Positions 1 through 11,600 of a stretch of 64,000 nucleotides of DNA are shown here, piece after piece; within the stretch, counting starts at the first letter, position 1; every line of letters starts with the position of its first letter. A model generated the notes under the pieces. The model made no database searches, was not told the DNA's origin, and saw only the letters and a list, made by a program, of their open reading frames with translations. This stretch comes from Marsupella aquatica. Lineage: Eukaryota > Plantae > Marchantiophyta. The translations under genes and the position numbers were made by a program. The DNA is taken from NCBI GenBank assembly GCA_973895155.1, contig OZ316893.1:26648798-26712797 (forward strand), in the 5' to 3' direction.

Positions 1-236
1 TTGTTAATTCTGACCCAAGTTGACTTGCAGGGCATGATTTAAGAATCAGGGTACGGTCTAGGGTTTCTCAGTGGCTTTTGGAAACCAAATTTGCCACTTT
101 TCTTACTTCTTCAATGCCCTACAGTAGTTGCTGGTTGCTAGATCCAACAATGCTCCTGCAATCTAGGATTAATTGTGTTGTGATAGTATACATTGATTTG
201 GAGTGCCTTGATTGGAATGCTCATTCCTACGTAGCC

Positions 237-334
237 AACTGAACTCCAGTCATGTTGAAGTACTTCTTCAGGCGAGGTATAGATGAACTGAACTCCAGTC
301 ATGTTGAAGTACTACTTAAGGGAAGGTATAGATG
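237..334. repeat. 49-bp direct tandem duplication
   Basis: AACTGAACTCCAGTCATGTTGAAGTACT...AGGTATAGATG at 237-285 and 286-334 with few mismatches. Confidence 0.9.
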
Positions 335-532
335 TACACCAGAAACACCCCAAGATTTCAAAAAGCATTAAGGGCAGAAAGGGAAAGTTTTCAATTCTCT
401 CCTAGATGAATGTTGTTTTGCTTATAAGGGGCCAATAGTTCTTACCACGAGGGATGGGGTTTCTTTCACGCTAGCCCTAATGCTGGTGGCCATGCACAAG
501 AAGGGCTCCTTCTACCCAGACTCCCATGCCCG

Positions 533-815
533 TCCCTACTCACAAATGCAGTAAAGATCCAAATTTCTGGTACCAGATAAATTACAGCCAATGGCTCTAA
601 GGAATAGGTTATGAAATCTGGACTTGTCCCTACTCACAAACACACCAAATATCCAAATTTTCTGTGACCAGTTAATTACTATGGCTGTGCTCTAAGGAAT
701 AGGTTATGAACCATAGACTTCTCCTTACTCACAAACAGTAGATATCCAAATTTTCTGGTACCAGATACCAGATAAATTACAGCCTATGGCATCGCTCAAA
801 AGAATAGGTTATGAA
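533..815. repeat. ~95-bp tandem repeat, 3 diverged copies
   Basis: Unit CCTACTCACAAA...ATCCAAATTT...ACCAG.TAAATTAC...GGAATAGGTTATGAA recurs starting near 533, 628 and 723. Confidence 0.85.
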
Positions 816-1487
816 CATGACTTTAATTGCCAATTATAATATAGATTCTTGTGAAAAGTACATAAACCATCTTTTGATGGATTTCCTTCTCTGGATACAC
901 TCCAGCTTTTCGTCAGGTATAACTAGCAACTTCAAAAGTTTTGTTGATTTCTAGATAGGTTTGGCTGACCTCTAAACTAACCAATATTTAACATCTCTGT
1001 GGCTGTTCCACCACTGGTGGGGAGAAAAAAAGAGTCCAAAGTAACGGATAGTCTCCCCAAAAGAGAGGTTCACCCAATCAAACATTCTAGACATTTACAA
1101 ACTTTTTGGGCGTGGCCTGTGTCCAGAGGCTATGCTCAAAAGGGTGCTTCACAACTAAGAACATATTACAGCGTGTCAAAGCACAGCCCTAACTCAGTTA
1201 CAGCTCAGGACATAAAACTCTGTTTTGGCCAAGCCAAAATCATTATGCGCTACCAAATTATGTCCAAAAAAATAAAGCCATAAAACTTTTGGTTATGGGA
1301 GAATTTTGACACGCACTATTATACTTTTAAAAAATGCAGCAAGATGCCATAATTTGACATAGAACTCTTCATCTGGTACTCAAGAGCGAAATTATCCTTG
1401 TGAAGCTTCCCAGTTTGCAAGGCAATCAGTGAGCAAGCACAAATTCAAAAAATCTTTTGGCTGTGCAGCATATTTCCAGTAATGATG

Positions 1488-3023
1488 TCAAGAAACAAGA
1501 GTCTCCCCTACTCTGCATGCTCCCACCTGCATCCTTACAGATTCTTCTCTCACCTCCATGACTCTGCAGCATTGCCTTCGTAGATTGTGAACCCACTCTC
1601 TTCCCAGCGGCTCACTTTCTACAATTATGTCTTTGACGAGGGACATTGGAAGCAGCATCTGCTGGCAAGCTTTCGTTTTGTTGATCCTCTCCGCCTTCTT
1701 GTAAGAAATTTGAATCAAGTCTCCCGTCGTGCTATTCACCTGCTCCATATAGTATGATGACGGTTCTTCACAGATCTTCCCTGCCCGAGGCTGGGTACTG
1801 AAAGGAAATGCATAGGGCTCTCGCCTCTTGTGCCAGCTCAGAAATGTTATTGTGGGCACCTCCAGCTGAGAGGGTGGGATAAATCCCTTATAGACATGAA
1901 TGAGATATCCCGACGATACAGAGAATGACCAATTCTTCCCTGCATCGTAGCAGATGGATTGCTGAAAGATGTCATAGGGGCTTGCGTTCACTGCTTCCAT
2001 GAGGTGTGCGAGTGCTTGAGGGCGAGTCTGGTTGGGAAAGAGAGGATAAATGGCCTCTAAGTGGTGAAGGGAGATGATGGGTGTAAGGGGATGCGCTGAC
2101 AGCAGTCCCTGGGCGTCCCCCCGCACATCAAATTGGTGAAACCCTTCCTCCTTGGTGAGTGGAACACCAAGCTCGCTCAGGCATGTCTTCATTCTGTCAT
2201 CGCTCCCGTACAACCAAGGGGATCTATGAATACAATCATCCTGTGTCTCAGCGAGAATTTTGGCAAGGGCATAGCTGATGGCAAAACCACCACCTCCATA
2301 AGCCATATTGAAACTAAAAAGCTGATTCTGGATGTGGTCCTCTGAATTTTTCCCAATATACCAGAGCTTAGTGGGATCATACTTGCTCAAGACCGCCACA
2401 AGATTCTCGGTGAAAAAGAAGGTATCATCGTCTCCCATCACAAACCAGTCCACGTTAGGCAGCCCCAATCTAAAGCTCTCACTCACAACACGAGAGATGC
2501 GTATTGCTGCCCTGGAGCCACTTTTGTGGGTGTACCTGAAATGTGAAGTATCCTCGGACACCTTGTACTCTGGATCGTTTTCTGGATCCCACCCCTCGCC
2601 CAAGTCCTTGTCAAACCACACATACCCTCGCGTCTTTCCCTTCTTCCACCATTTGTTGAGGAATTGCCTTCTGGTCTCCCAAAAATCAGCAGACGCTCCT
2701 ATCCCAAACACAATTCTGTCCAGGCTCGTTTCCGAGCCGCTTTCTTTGGGTACATTCCTAGCACCGCTCTTCACCTCTTTGGTCACACTAACATTGTGGA
2801 GGACTGTGGTTTCAGGTGCTTTTGAAGTGCCGCCATAGGTTTGGCGGCAAGAATGGCTGGTGACGAGCAGCAGGACGACGAACGAGCAGGAGCAGATGCA
2901 CAGAACTCCCACCCCCATCCTGAGCTTTGACCAGAAAGTCCCTGTTACCTGGTCTGCCAGTCCCCTCCATCCCTTCTGTTGGCCTGACTTGCCCTGCTTA
3001 CCGCCGCCACCTCCTCCTGCCAT
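1488..3023 (-). CDS. DUF604 / fringe-like (GT31-related) type II membrane glycosyltransferase, coding region intronless
   Basis: 511-aa ORF from ATG at 3023 (the ORF track starts at an upstream GTG). N-terminal TM helix. Family motifs IVFGIGAS, RISRVVSESFRLG, WFVMGDDDTFF (DxD), MAYGGGGFAISY, YGSDDR, GFHQFD, SLHHL, QQSICYD and C-terminal RRQCC. Confidence 0.93.
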   Translation of the reverse strand: MAGGGGGGKQGKSGQQKGWRGLADQVTGTFWSKLRMGVGVLCICSCSFVVLLLVTSHSCRQTYGGTSKAPETTVLHNVSVTKEVKSGARNVPKESGSETSLDRIVFGIGASADFWETRRQFLNKWWKKGKTRGYVWFDKDLGEGWDPENDPEYKVSEDTSHFRYTHKSGSRAAIRISRVVSESFRLGLPNVDWFVMGDDDTFFFTENLVAVLSKYDPTKLWYIGKNSEDHIQNQLFSFNMAYGGGGFAISYALAKILAETQDDCIHRSPWLYGSDDRMKTCLSELGVPLTKEEGFHQFDVRGDAQGLLSAHPLTPIISLHHLEAIYPLFPNQTRPQALAHLMEAVNASPYDIFQQSICYDAGKNWSFSVSSGYLIHVYKGFIPPSQLEVPTITFLSWHKRREPYAFPFSTQPRAGKICEEPSSYYMEQVNSTTGDLIQISYKKAERINKTKACQQMLLPMSLVKDIIVESEPLGREWVHNLRRQCCRVMEVREESVRMQVGACRVGETLVS

Positions 3024-5411
3024 CACGCCTCTCTAATCTAATGCCCACCCACCTTGATTGTCGTCTTAGATTATTGAGATCCTGGAGCTGTCCAGTTCAG
3101 AGAAAGAGAATCACCAAGCGATGACTTCTCCCACAGTCTTGAGGCTCTTGTGTGTGTGAACGAGGTGGCTCTAGCTTCTTACGACAATAGCCCAGTCCAA
3201 GGAAAACAGCTCAGACGATATACACTTAGACACGATGAGAGATCGGGTGACAACTATTCAGATCCCAGGAGAGACATTCGGAGGAATTCTCTAAGAGACA
3301 TGGAAAATCATTATCTCAATGTGCCTCCCTCTCTCTGCCGCATTCCCGTTTGTCTCGTCAATCGCGGACACTCTTACTCCCCAACGATCATAACATGAGA
3401 GATATGTCATTATATCTCAGTAGGAGAAAAATCTCGTTCTCTTCCCATAGCTAGTCTGATCGTGTGGTGGTCGGCCTTACGAGGACAGTTTGCCCCGTCC
3501 CTCTTCAATTAGTACTTGCCGCCTGATTGATCCCCAATTGCCCGATCTATTCCAATCTGCAACTCCGTTCTCCAAGTTACTAGTAACCGAGTTCACGGGC
3601 CATGGTCTCTATTGCACTTGTGTATAACGATCATGCTCCGTTGCAATTGAAATGGAACCAAGAGCTTGGACCAGAAGGCAAGCGTACTTTGATTCACAGT
3701 CCTTAATTTGCTATTGATGGGAATACGCTGCTCACGGGCAAAGTGATGCATCGATGAAAACAGAGATGTCGGTCAAAGAGACACCGGGATTTACCATTAT
3801 ACAGTTCATCAACATCTTCTGCATTTAATTTGTTTATGTTCTTCCAAGAGACGAGAAATCAACAAATGTTATGACCTGAGGTTGCCCCTGCTGGTAGCGC
3901 ATCCGCTGCAGCTGCATGGTCACCCCACCCGGCTGCGGCATCTGGTGCTACGGCACATCTGATCCCATTCGCTCCTCTCCTCTCTCCTCTCCGTCTTTCT
4001 TATCAAACCTTAGCACTCCTCACTTCTCGTCGGACGACGCCCGGGAAAAGCAGACCACATTTCCTTGTAGATCTACACACACGTACACAGACAATTCATC
4101 AGCACTCCCAACAGACAATCCCGCACGTTCTCCCTGGGCGTTCGGACGAGGCTAGAAGACCCACAAAACGTTTTCTGCCTAGAAATCAGTTTTCAAATTG
4201 CATAAACTCAAGCTCAATGCTGCCAATCGTGGCACGTTTCCGGTGACTCATTGGCGATGAAGGAAAGCCGTCACGACATCAAACTGTATTGCCTCCAAAT
4301 TATGCGCAGCAATTAGACTATGGACTTTCAGGACGGCAATAGAAAATGAAAGTGAATCACACTTTCAGGAAGGCGATAGTCCTGAAAGTCTCCGAGCTAA
4401 GTACAGTCACAAACTTATAATCAAAGACTAGACCAGGACTTTGCTTGTCCCCGTGGACAACAAATCTTGCCTGACAACGTCTGTTGCGTTTATGTGCACA
4501 TACCCACCAGATGAAAGTAGACGAGACACCGTAGGCATCAGCCTTTGCGACACTAGCGCTTTGAATCACTTGCTGGAATTCCTGAGACAGCAGACATAGC
4601 AGCAACTGCAGAGGGAAGCAGTGTCCCCCCCCCCACCACTAGACATAATAAGCAGTCAAGCCCCAGAATTGAGGGGAGTGGTCACGCCCAAAATAGATGC
4701 AAGACCATAGTCACCTTTCAGAATGGTAGAATAGACTGAAGAAGTCATCCCCAGAATAAAGAAAAGCAGTCAATCCTTTTCGCAAAAGACATATGCGAGC
4801 AGTAACGCCCCAGAATAGAGAGAAAGCAGTAACTCCCGAAAATGAAGCCTTCAGTGTAAAGCAGTTCACCGGCTGTGTCCAGAGCATTTTTACCTGGAAA
4901 CTCGCGACAATAGAAAGGTCTTTCAATAATTGACCAGTTGCCTGCGCATTATTTCAAAAGGCCATCATGCCTACTCCTGAGGTCAATATCGGCCTGCCAT
5001 AGCCCTTACTTGATTTCTCTCCCTGTCAGACGGCAGGTCATCTCCGTTGTCTGTAAAGATCACCTTAGGTTGCATGTCTTTACTCGACTGGCGAGACGAA
5101 TTATTCCTTTCCATCTACTGTTCGGATCGAGGTACAATAGCTTGCCAGGCCAAATGATCATGCTTCGAGTCCACCCAGTCTGTCAGTGTGATATATCAAG
5201 ATGAATCTAATCTGCTTCATTTTGTTACATAAGTGTTACTCAACATACTCGATATTTGTAGAGGCTGCGGTGTCAGTCCCCTGGAGATTTTGCGGTGACA
5301 TATTCTGCCTGTGCCATTAATTTCTGTGTAACCGGAGGACTTCATGCCAAGAATGCTATATTCCGGTGCTCCTTCCTTTGACAAGAGAATTAACCTCGAA
5401 AACCTGATTTT

Positions 5412-5900
5412 TCACCCACTCCAAAGCCCCCAGCACTTGTAGATGCACCGCATTTGGAGAAAAAGTCCAGAAGCTTCCACGCCACGACCACTTTCTGCAT
5501 ATGCTCCAATCATTATGTTCCATGTGACTAGATCTCGTCCTTTCATTCTGTCAAACATTAGTTGGGCATCATCCATATTGCCACTTGCGGCATACACACC
5601 GATCATCAAACTCCAAGTGATGGAATTTCACTTGGTAAATTATTTCAAAAAGTCGCCTTGCCTACATGATGCGCCCACACTTTGCATCAATGAGAAGGGG
5701 GCACTACCCACACATCTGATTAAAAGCGGGCATGTCCAACAATTCTCGTCGCGATAGATTGAAAAATTCCCGTGCGGATTCCGCATGATCACTCTTGGCA
5801 TATCTTGCAATCAGCATGTTTCCAAGCAACAGTAGTTTTCTCAAGTTCATCACAAACTCGACGTGCATTGCACCAATTCAAACTCAAAATTTAAGTCTTT
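5412..5900 (-). pseudogene. Degraded pentatricopeptide-repeat (PPR) gene fragment
   Basis: Minus-strand PPR motifs GVYAASGNMDDAQLMFDRMKGRDLVTWNIMIGAYAESGRGVEA, VGSA..DAKCGRIM*ARRLFE and ARRVCDELEK..NMLIARYAKSDHAESA, broken by stops and frameshifts. Confidence 0.8.
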
Positions 5901-6312
5901 CATCACATGAGTCTCGCAGCAAGAAATTCATGCAATTTGAAATGTCACAAATGTGCTGCTCGGTCACGGCTTTTTGTTAAAGCGTAGGTCATCACGAGGT
6001 TGAAATCGCTCATTCAGACTTTGCACCTAAACAACGGCTGGGGCCAACTGCGATCACTCCAGAAGATGGACAACGAACTCTGCAAATCGATAGTTTTTCT
6101 TAAGAATGCATTCACGGTTGCTCAGGGCGAAATCCACGCATCAATCCAACAGTATGACAGGCATACGAAATTCATCCATCTGAATGGGGATTGTGGCCTA
6201 CAACTGATCTCCAAAATTCTGATCGAGTCAGCTCCAACTCCGAGTCTAAAACAGAGATGAAGCTGATAGAAAGGACTCCAAGTGCGAGAACTGGAGGAAA
6301 TCGAACCCAGGA

Positions 6313-6682
6313 AGCATAGAGACTTTCTTTTACTTTTGCCTTGAAAGATCATTTTGAATTTCATTCCCAAAGACAGCATACAACAGGGTGGCCTAAAGGG
6401 CAACACCAGGGGGAGACCAGAGGAGCCTTTCACTGGTTGGAGCATAGAGACTTTCTTCTATTGTGCTTTGAAAAATCATTTTGAATTCCATCCAAAAGAC
6501 AGCATACAACAAGGTGGCCCAAAGGGCAACACCAGGGGGAGACCAGAGGTCAGAAGTGCAGCAAGGCAGATGACAGGCAGCACCAGGACAGATGACAGGC
6601 CTTCCAAGGGAAGACAGCAAAACAATAAATTTAATTACTACAAGGGCACCAGGGAAGATGACAGGCCTTCCAAAGGGAAGAC
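6313..6682. repeat. Local direct duplications (~110-bp pair plus ~35-bp pair)
   Basis: AGCATAGAGACTTTCTT...GGGCAACACCAGGGGGAGACCAGAGG at ~6313 and ~6441. GCACCAGG..AGATGACAGGCCTTCCAA.GGGAAGAC occurs twice at ~6580-6682. Confidence 0.8.
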
Positions 6683-7850
6683 AAGAACTTTAACTACTAC
6701 AGAGGCAAGAGGAGCATGGAGCCTTTCACCTTTTAGTTCATGCCAAGTTTTCAAAATGAACAGTTGCCAGGTGTTAACTCTTTTGATGTCTATTAGTGCA
6801 ATTTTTATATAAGTCACATAAGTTGGAGAATGTCAAGACAAGATATAAGACTCTCACGGTTTAAAAGCACCCATTAAAACCCCAAAAACAATTATCATAC
6901 TTTTCAGTGTTATTGACCACCATCTAACATGCTCTGCAGCAATTTTGGCAATATCCATGACAGATGAGTTATGGACTCCATCAGTAAACTCTAAGACGCT
7001 CTGTTGAGTGTTTAAAAATTAATTGGATTGAAGTGTGTAAGTGTTTTTGGTCTTGTGCCTTGCAGCTCTATTGTGGATGAAATCATTTCCTTGCCAAAGA
7101 GAGAAACTATGTTAATAAAGTTGATTTTCTCCATACTGAAAACATTGAAGAAGCTCAGGCTTGGGGTAGACTTACCTCAACATTTTATTGTGATCTACAA
7201 AGCATTCTTTGACACCCAAAAGGGGGAGCATTTATCTATCTGTAAAACAACTGAGTCAAGACATTACTGTAGTTGGTGAAGTATTATCACCTGAAGTGGA
7301 TGGATTGGATAAAAAGGCATTGCTTTTGAGTGGTGTGGATGTATTCACTTTAGGTTCTATTATCAGTGCAGGCGCTATGTGGTAGATATTGAGTATAAGC
7401 ATATCACTTTACTTTCTTTGGCAATGCTTTTATGAATTTTCTATATTTGGAAATGATTTCCTTTTGAGAATTAATTATTAAATTTCTGTGCATGAGCTTA
7501 TATTAAGTTGTGGTGCTCAGGTTGTCCAATTTTTGCTTGTTTTGAGGCAATATGTTAGGGTTGTTTTATGGTTATCTTTTTAGTTGAGATGATACTTGTT
7601 GTATGTTGAGACCTGAGAGCCTGGGGAGTGAGTAGAGAGGGACACATGTGTTTCTGTGGCTGCTGAAAATGTTGTTCAAGCTTTGATCTATTTGAGTGGG
7701 AGTAGAGAATTTGATTTGATGCATGTTTGGATAGATTTGGTAGATTCTAGATTAAGTGTCCATCGATTTAGATTCCAAGGGTCTTTCATTGATGACAGTT
7801 CCATAGATTTTGTGTTATATGCGCTCTAATGAATTTAATTCTAGTGAACT

Positions 7851-8174
7851 TGTTGGAAATGCCACACTCGAACTGATGAGGGATGCAGGCATCAAGGGTC
7901 TGTAGCTCAGTGGTGGAGCACTACCATGTACAAGGGCGGTCCTAGGTTTACTAGCCGGTCCAAGCTGTTGACAATTCCAACATGGTATCAGATCCAAAGA
8001 TCAAGAGTTTGCCTTGTAACGAGTGTGGCTCAAGTGAGGGTGTTGGAAATGAACCACACTCAAACTGATGAGGGATAGTGGTAGAGCACTACTATGTACA
8101 CGGGAGTTCCTAGGTTCAATTCCTAGCAGGTCCATGCTCAATTCCTAGCCGGTATGTTGTTGACAATTCCAACA
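7851..8174 (+). mobile_element. Terminal-repeat retrotransposon in miniature (TRIM) with tRNA-like LTRs
   Basis: LTR1 7851-7982 and LTR2 8041-8174 both run TGTTGGAAAT...AATTCCAACA. PBS TGGTATCAGA (tRNA-iMet type) at 7983. Purine-rich AAGTGAGGG abuts LTR2. 5-bp TSD GAACT at 7846-7850 and 8175-8179. Confidence 0.92.
7896..7962 (+). other. tRNA-like sequence inside TRIM LTR1 (homologous partial copy at ~8077-8134 in LTR2); not a functional tRNA
   Basis: GGGTCTG-TA-GCTC-AGTGGTG-GAGC (acceptor 5' strand, D arm, A box) in LTR1. CTAG-GTTCAATT-CCTAG-CAGGTCC-A (T arm, B box, acceptor 3' strand) in LTR2. Anticodon stem pairs poorly. Confidence 0.75.
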
Positions 8175-8258
8175 GAACTAACACAATTTGTGCCAAAATT
8201 ATGTGTAATATCAAAAATCTCCCCCTCCCCCCTGTCGGAGCAAGCTTATAACCCCATG

Positions 8259-8390
8259 CTGATTTGTGCAAAAGCAAGGTACTAATTAAGTGTAAAGGCG
8301 GTCTTTCAGAACAGTCCATCTACTCTGATTTGTGCAAAAGCAAGGTACTAATTCAGTGTAAAGGCGGTCTTTCAGAACAGTCCATCTACT
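8259..8390. repeat. 66-bp near-perfect tandem duplication upstream of NLP2
   Basis: CTGATTTGTGCAAAAGCAAGGTACTAATT(A/C)AGTGTAAAGGCGGTCTTTCAGAACAGTCCATCTACT twice; the tail AGTCCATCTACTGTGGCAAT recurs near 8429. Confidence 0.92.
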
Positions 8391-8604
8391 GTGGCAATAA
8401 TGTAGTAGACTCAGAAGAAGAAAACTCAGAGTCCATCTACTGTGGCAATGTAGGAAAAGTCAAAAGAAGAAGAACATGATGGAAAACCCACAAAGACGAA
8501 GCAAAAGAACGCACCGTCATCAGAACTTTGCTTACGGAATGCTGTAAGCATCTCTGCTGGTCCTCTCGTAACATGCTGTACAGGACGCTTTCTACTCTGG
8601 TTGT

Positions 8605-11600
8605 ATGGCAGCACGCTTTCTCACAGCAGCAGCTGCCAGGATTGCCATCGGGAGCAGCAAGCCCACCAATTTGCGTGTAGTGCCGCAGCCAAATGATAGT
8701 GCTAGACCTTGTCGTGGTGGAGCAGGACTAGCGCTAGTGGCCTGTTACTCTCGCGCCATGGCGACTGCCATACCACAGCAGAAGAAGTCAGTGGTGAAGG
8801 TAGCGGTGGGTCAAATGACCTCGACGAGCGATTTGGATGCTAACTTCAGAACCTGTGCACGACTCGTGGAGGTGGGTCGCTCGCAATTTAACTTTGATTC
8901 CTGAATTGCTGGAGGGTAGGGTTTGGATGAGATTTTTCAAGCAATGTCTGGCACTTTGAGATCCTGGCATTGCATTGCGAACCGAGTGAGTTCAGCTCAA
9001 TTAAGGTTCAATCTTAGAGACATCAATTGGACAATTGCGAAAGGGGACGGTGAGGTTAAACGAATGACTGACTCAGTTTTGTTGAACTAAATTTTTGAAA
9101 GTTGGCGGATTCCCAAGTTGGAAATTGGGACAAGGGACAACGATGTTTAAATGAATAAGCACCTGTGTCGAGCCAAGTGGAATGGAATGGAATTGTATCG
9201 AGTCGAATTGAACTGTACATCTCACAAATTTCCAACTAGGCAAGTGGGGTGAGTTGAGTTGAATCAAATTCTGAAGCTAGTAGAAATCCGATTGCTGAAT
9301 TGGACAATTGGGGCAATGGATGTTGAGTTTTAACAATTCAAGGAGTGCTCAGGGGTAACAAAGCTGTGGCAAATGCAGGAGTAGAAAATGAAGAGCAGAA
9401 GAGGAGAAGAGGAGAAGGTGAAACTGAACACTGTAATGGGGCAATTCCACTTGATTTAACCCCTTTAAAATCCCATCATATGGCAGGAAGCTGGTACGGC
9501 AGGAGCAAAACTGTTAAGTCTCCCGGAGTGTTTCTCCTTTATTGGTTCCAAGCAGGGAGAAGCATTGGCGATTGCCGAATCCCTTGATGGCCCAATCATG
9601 GCACGCTACCAAGCTCTTGCAAGGCAAGGCTTGAGCTTTGTGCTGTTATGTATATTCGAGCTAATGACATGCTCACAAGCATATTTCAACTGATTTCAGC
9701 TTTTTCCATTGGTGACTAGTTGGAAATAATTGTCAGCACTTACACTGCATTGGACACGGATGAACACCACAGGAAGGCAAGGTTATGGCTGGCACTTGGC
9801 GGCTTCCAAGAGAAGGGGCCGGATGGTGGGCATTCGTTCAACACACATGTTTTGCTTGACGATTCAGGGATTGTGAGGAGTGATTATCGAAAAGTTCACC
9901 TGTGAGTATTGTTTGTCAAGTAAGACTCCGACGTTACTTTTTGTCTCAAAGGATATGCTACCTAACTTTCATCTCGAATTCTAGGGATCGAATTGCTGTT
10001 AGAATTTGAATATGTTTGGGTTCAATTACGAACGAGGGGGGGAGGGGGCTACGGCTGCTGCAAAATATATTACGACTCTTTCTAATTCTACCGATTTTCA
10101 GGTTTGACGTAGATATCCCTGGGGGCGCCGTTCTAAAGGAGAGCCAATTTACAGCTCCCGGTAAGCGCCAGTCGTTTCGAGTTGACACGCTTTTCTGGTT
10201 TCTGAGTAGATTCTGGAATGATTTCTCTAGGTTGTTTACATCTTTTGAGAAGGGCATTAAAGTATTTAGCGAAACTCAGAGCCTGTGCCAGGCTACTCTA
10301 GTCATGAGAAATTCAAATATTTTTAATGAGGCTTTTGAAGAGATCTGTTTCTTTTCAGGAATTGAGTGACAAGATATATTCAGGATTTTGTTTCTCATAC
10401 ATTCCAGTTTGAAATTTTATAGTCAGCTCCTTCAACATAGCTCTGCTGAATAAATTCATTGTAGTCAATAAGTTCTGGAATTTTACAATCCACAGGTTCC
10501 CAGGTTGTGGTGGCAGATAGTCCGATCGGGAGGCTGGGTATGACAGTATGTTATGATCTCCGATTTCCAGAACTGTATCAACAACTTAGATTTAAACATA
10601 ATGCGCAGGTACTACTTTTGTCAAACTAGCTATCTGAGGGATAATCATTGAACATTTGGTTTCGTATGTTCTCGGGGACAGGTCCATGCGTAGTTTTGCT
10701 TAAGAACTGTTGTTAAGCTTTGTTGGCCTATCGCTTGAATTGTGTCTCAGGTTATGCTGGTGCCATCAGCTTTCACAAAAAAGACGGGGGCAGCACATTG
10801 GGAAATATTACTTCGGGCCCGCGCAATAGAAACTCAATGTTATGTTAGTATCCGTCCAGCGTTCAGTCCTTTGCTCTGTTGTTTGGGGCACAATTGTACT
10901 ATATCTTAGCATGTTGGAGCTTCTTTGTAGTGTCCATATTTCTAATTACTCTATACGATCTCAAAGTGCCCACACTGATCAGGCCTCCTTGACCGTCAAT
11001 TACAATTTTCAGGTTATTGCGGCAGCACAAGCTGGCGTGCACAATGAAAAGCGTGAAAGTTATGGTGATGCCATGATAATAGATCCATGGGGAACTGTAA
11101 TTGCGAGATGTGCAGGTAAATGGCTCAATTGTATCATCTGAATTCGTAGTGCGCATGATTCAGTATACAAAAGCATACCGTCTGCAGTACTGCCTTGTTC
11201 TTGGAGTTTGGGAGGAGTGGTCTAGCCTATTCCTCAATGAGCTGACTAAGGGCATCCTACTTCTAGAGACATTTGTAGTGATACCAGAAGTCTCACTAAA
11301 GCTGTTCAAGAAAACTGGGAACTAAATCGGTGAAGTTTTCTTGTGCAGATAAATTAGTGACCGGCATAGCTGTGGCAGACGTTGATCTTTCTCTGCTAGA
11401 GTCCATAAGGCTACAGATACCTATTGAGAAAGTAAGTGGATACTACAATCTGTCTCCGCAAAGACACAACTATTCCTAAGTCATCTGCATCCGTTGTCTT
11501 CAAAATTCAGTTGCGTTTGACTTTAAATTCTTGATTTGTATGTGTTAAGACCACATGGAAAATTGTGTGGAAAATTTCGTGCGACAATACGAGGAATGGT

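Noticed and set aside
7872-7900. CTGATGAG in both TRIM LTRs suggested a hammerhead ribozyme (retrozyme)
   Set aside because: A short GATGC/GCATC stem follows in LTR1, but there is no downstream GAAA core and no stem I/III pairing.
7896-7962. Functional tRNA gene
   Set aside because: The anticodon stem does not pair, the T loop is damaged in LTR1 and the 5' half is deleted in LTR2; treated as tRNA-derived LTR sequence.
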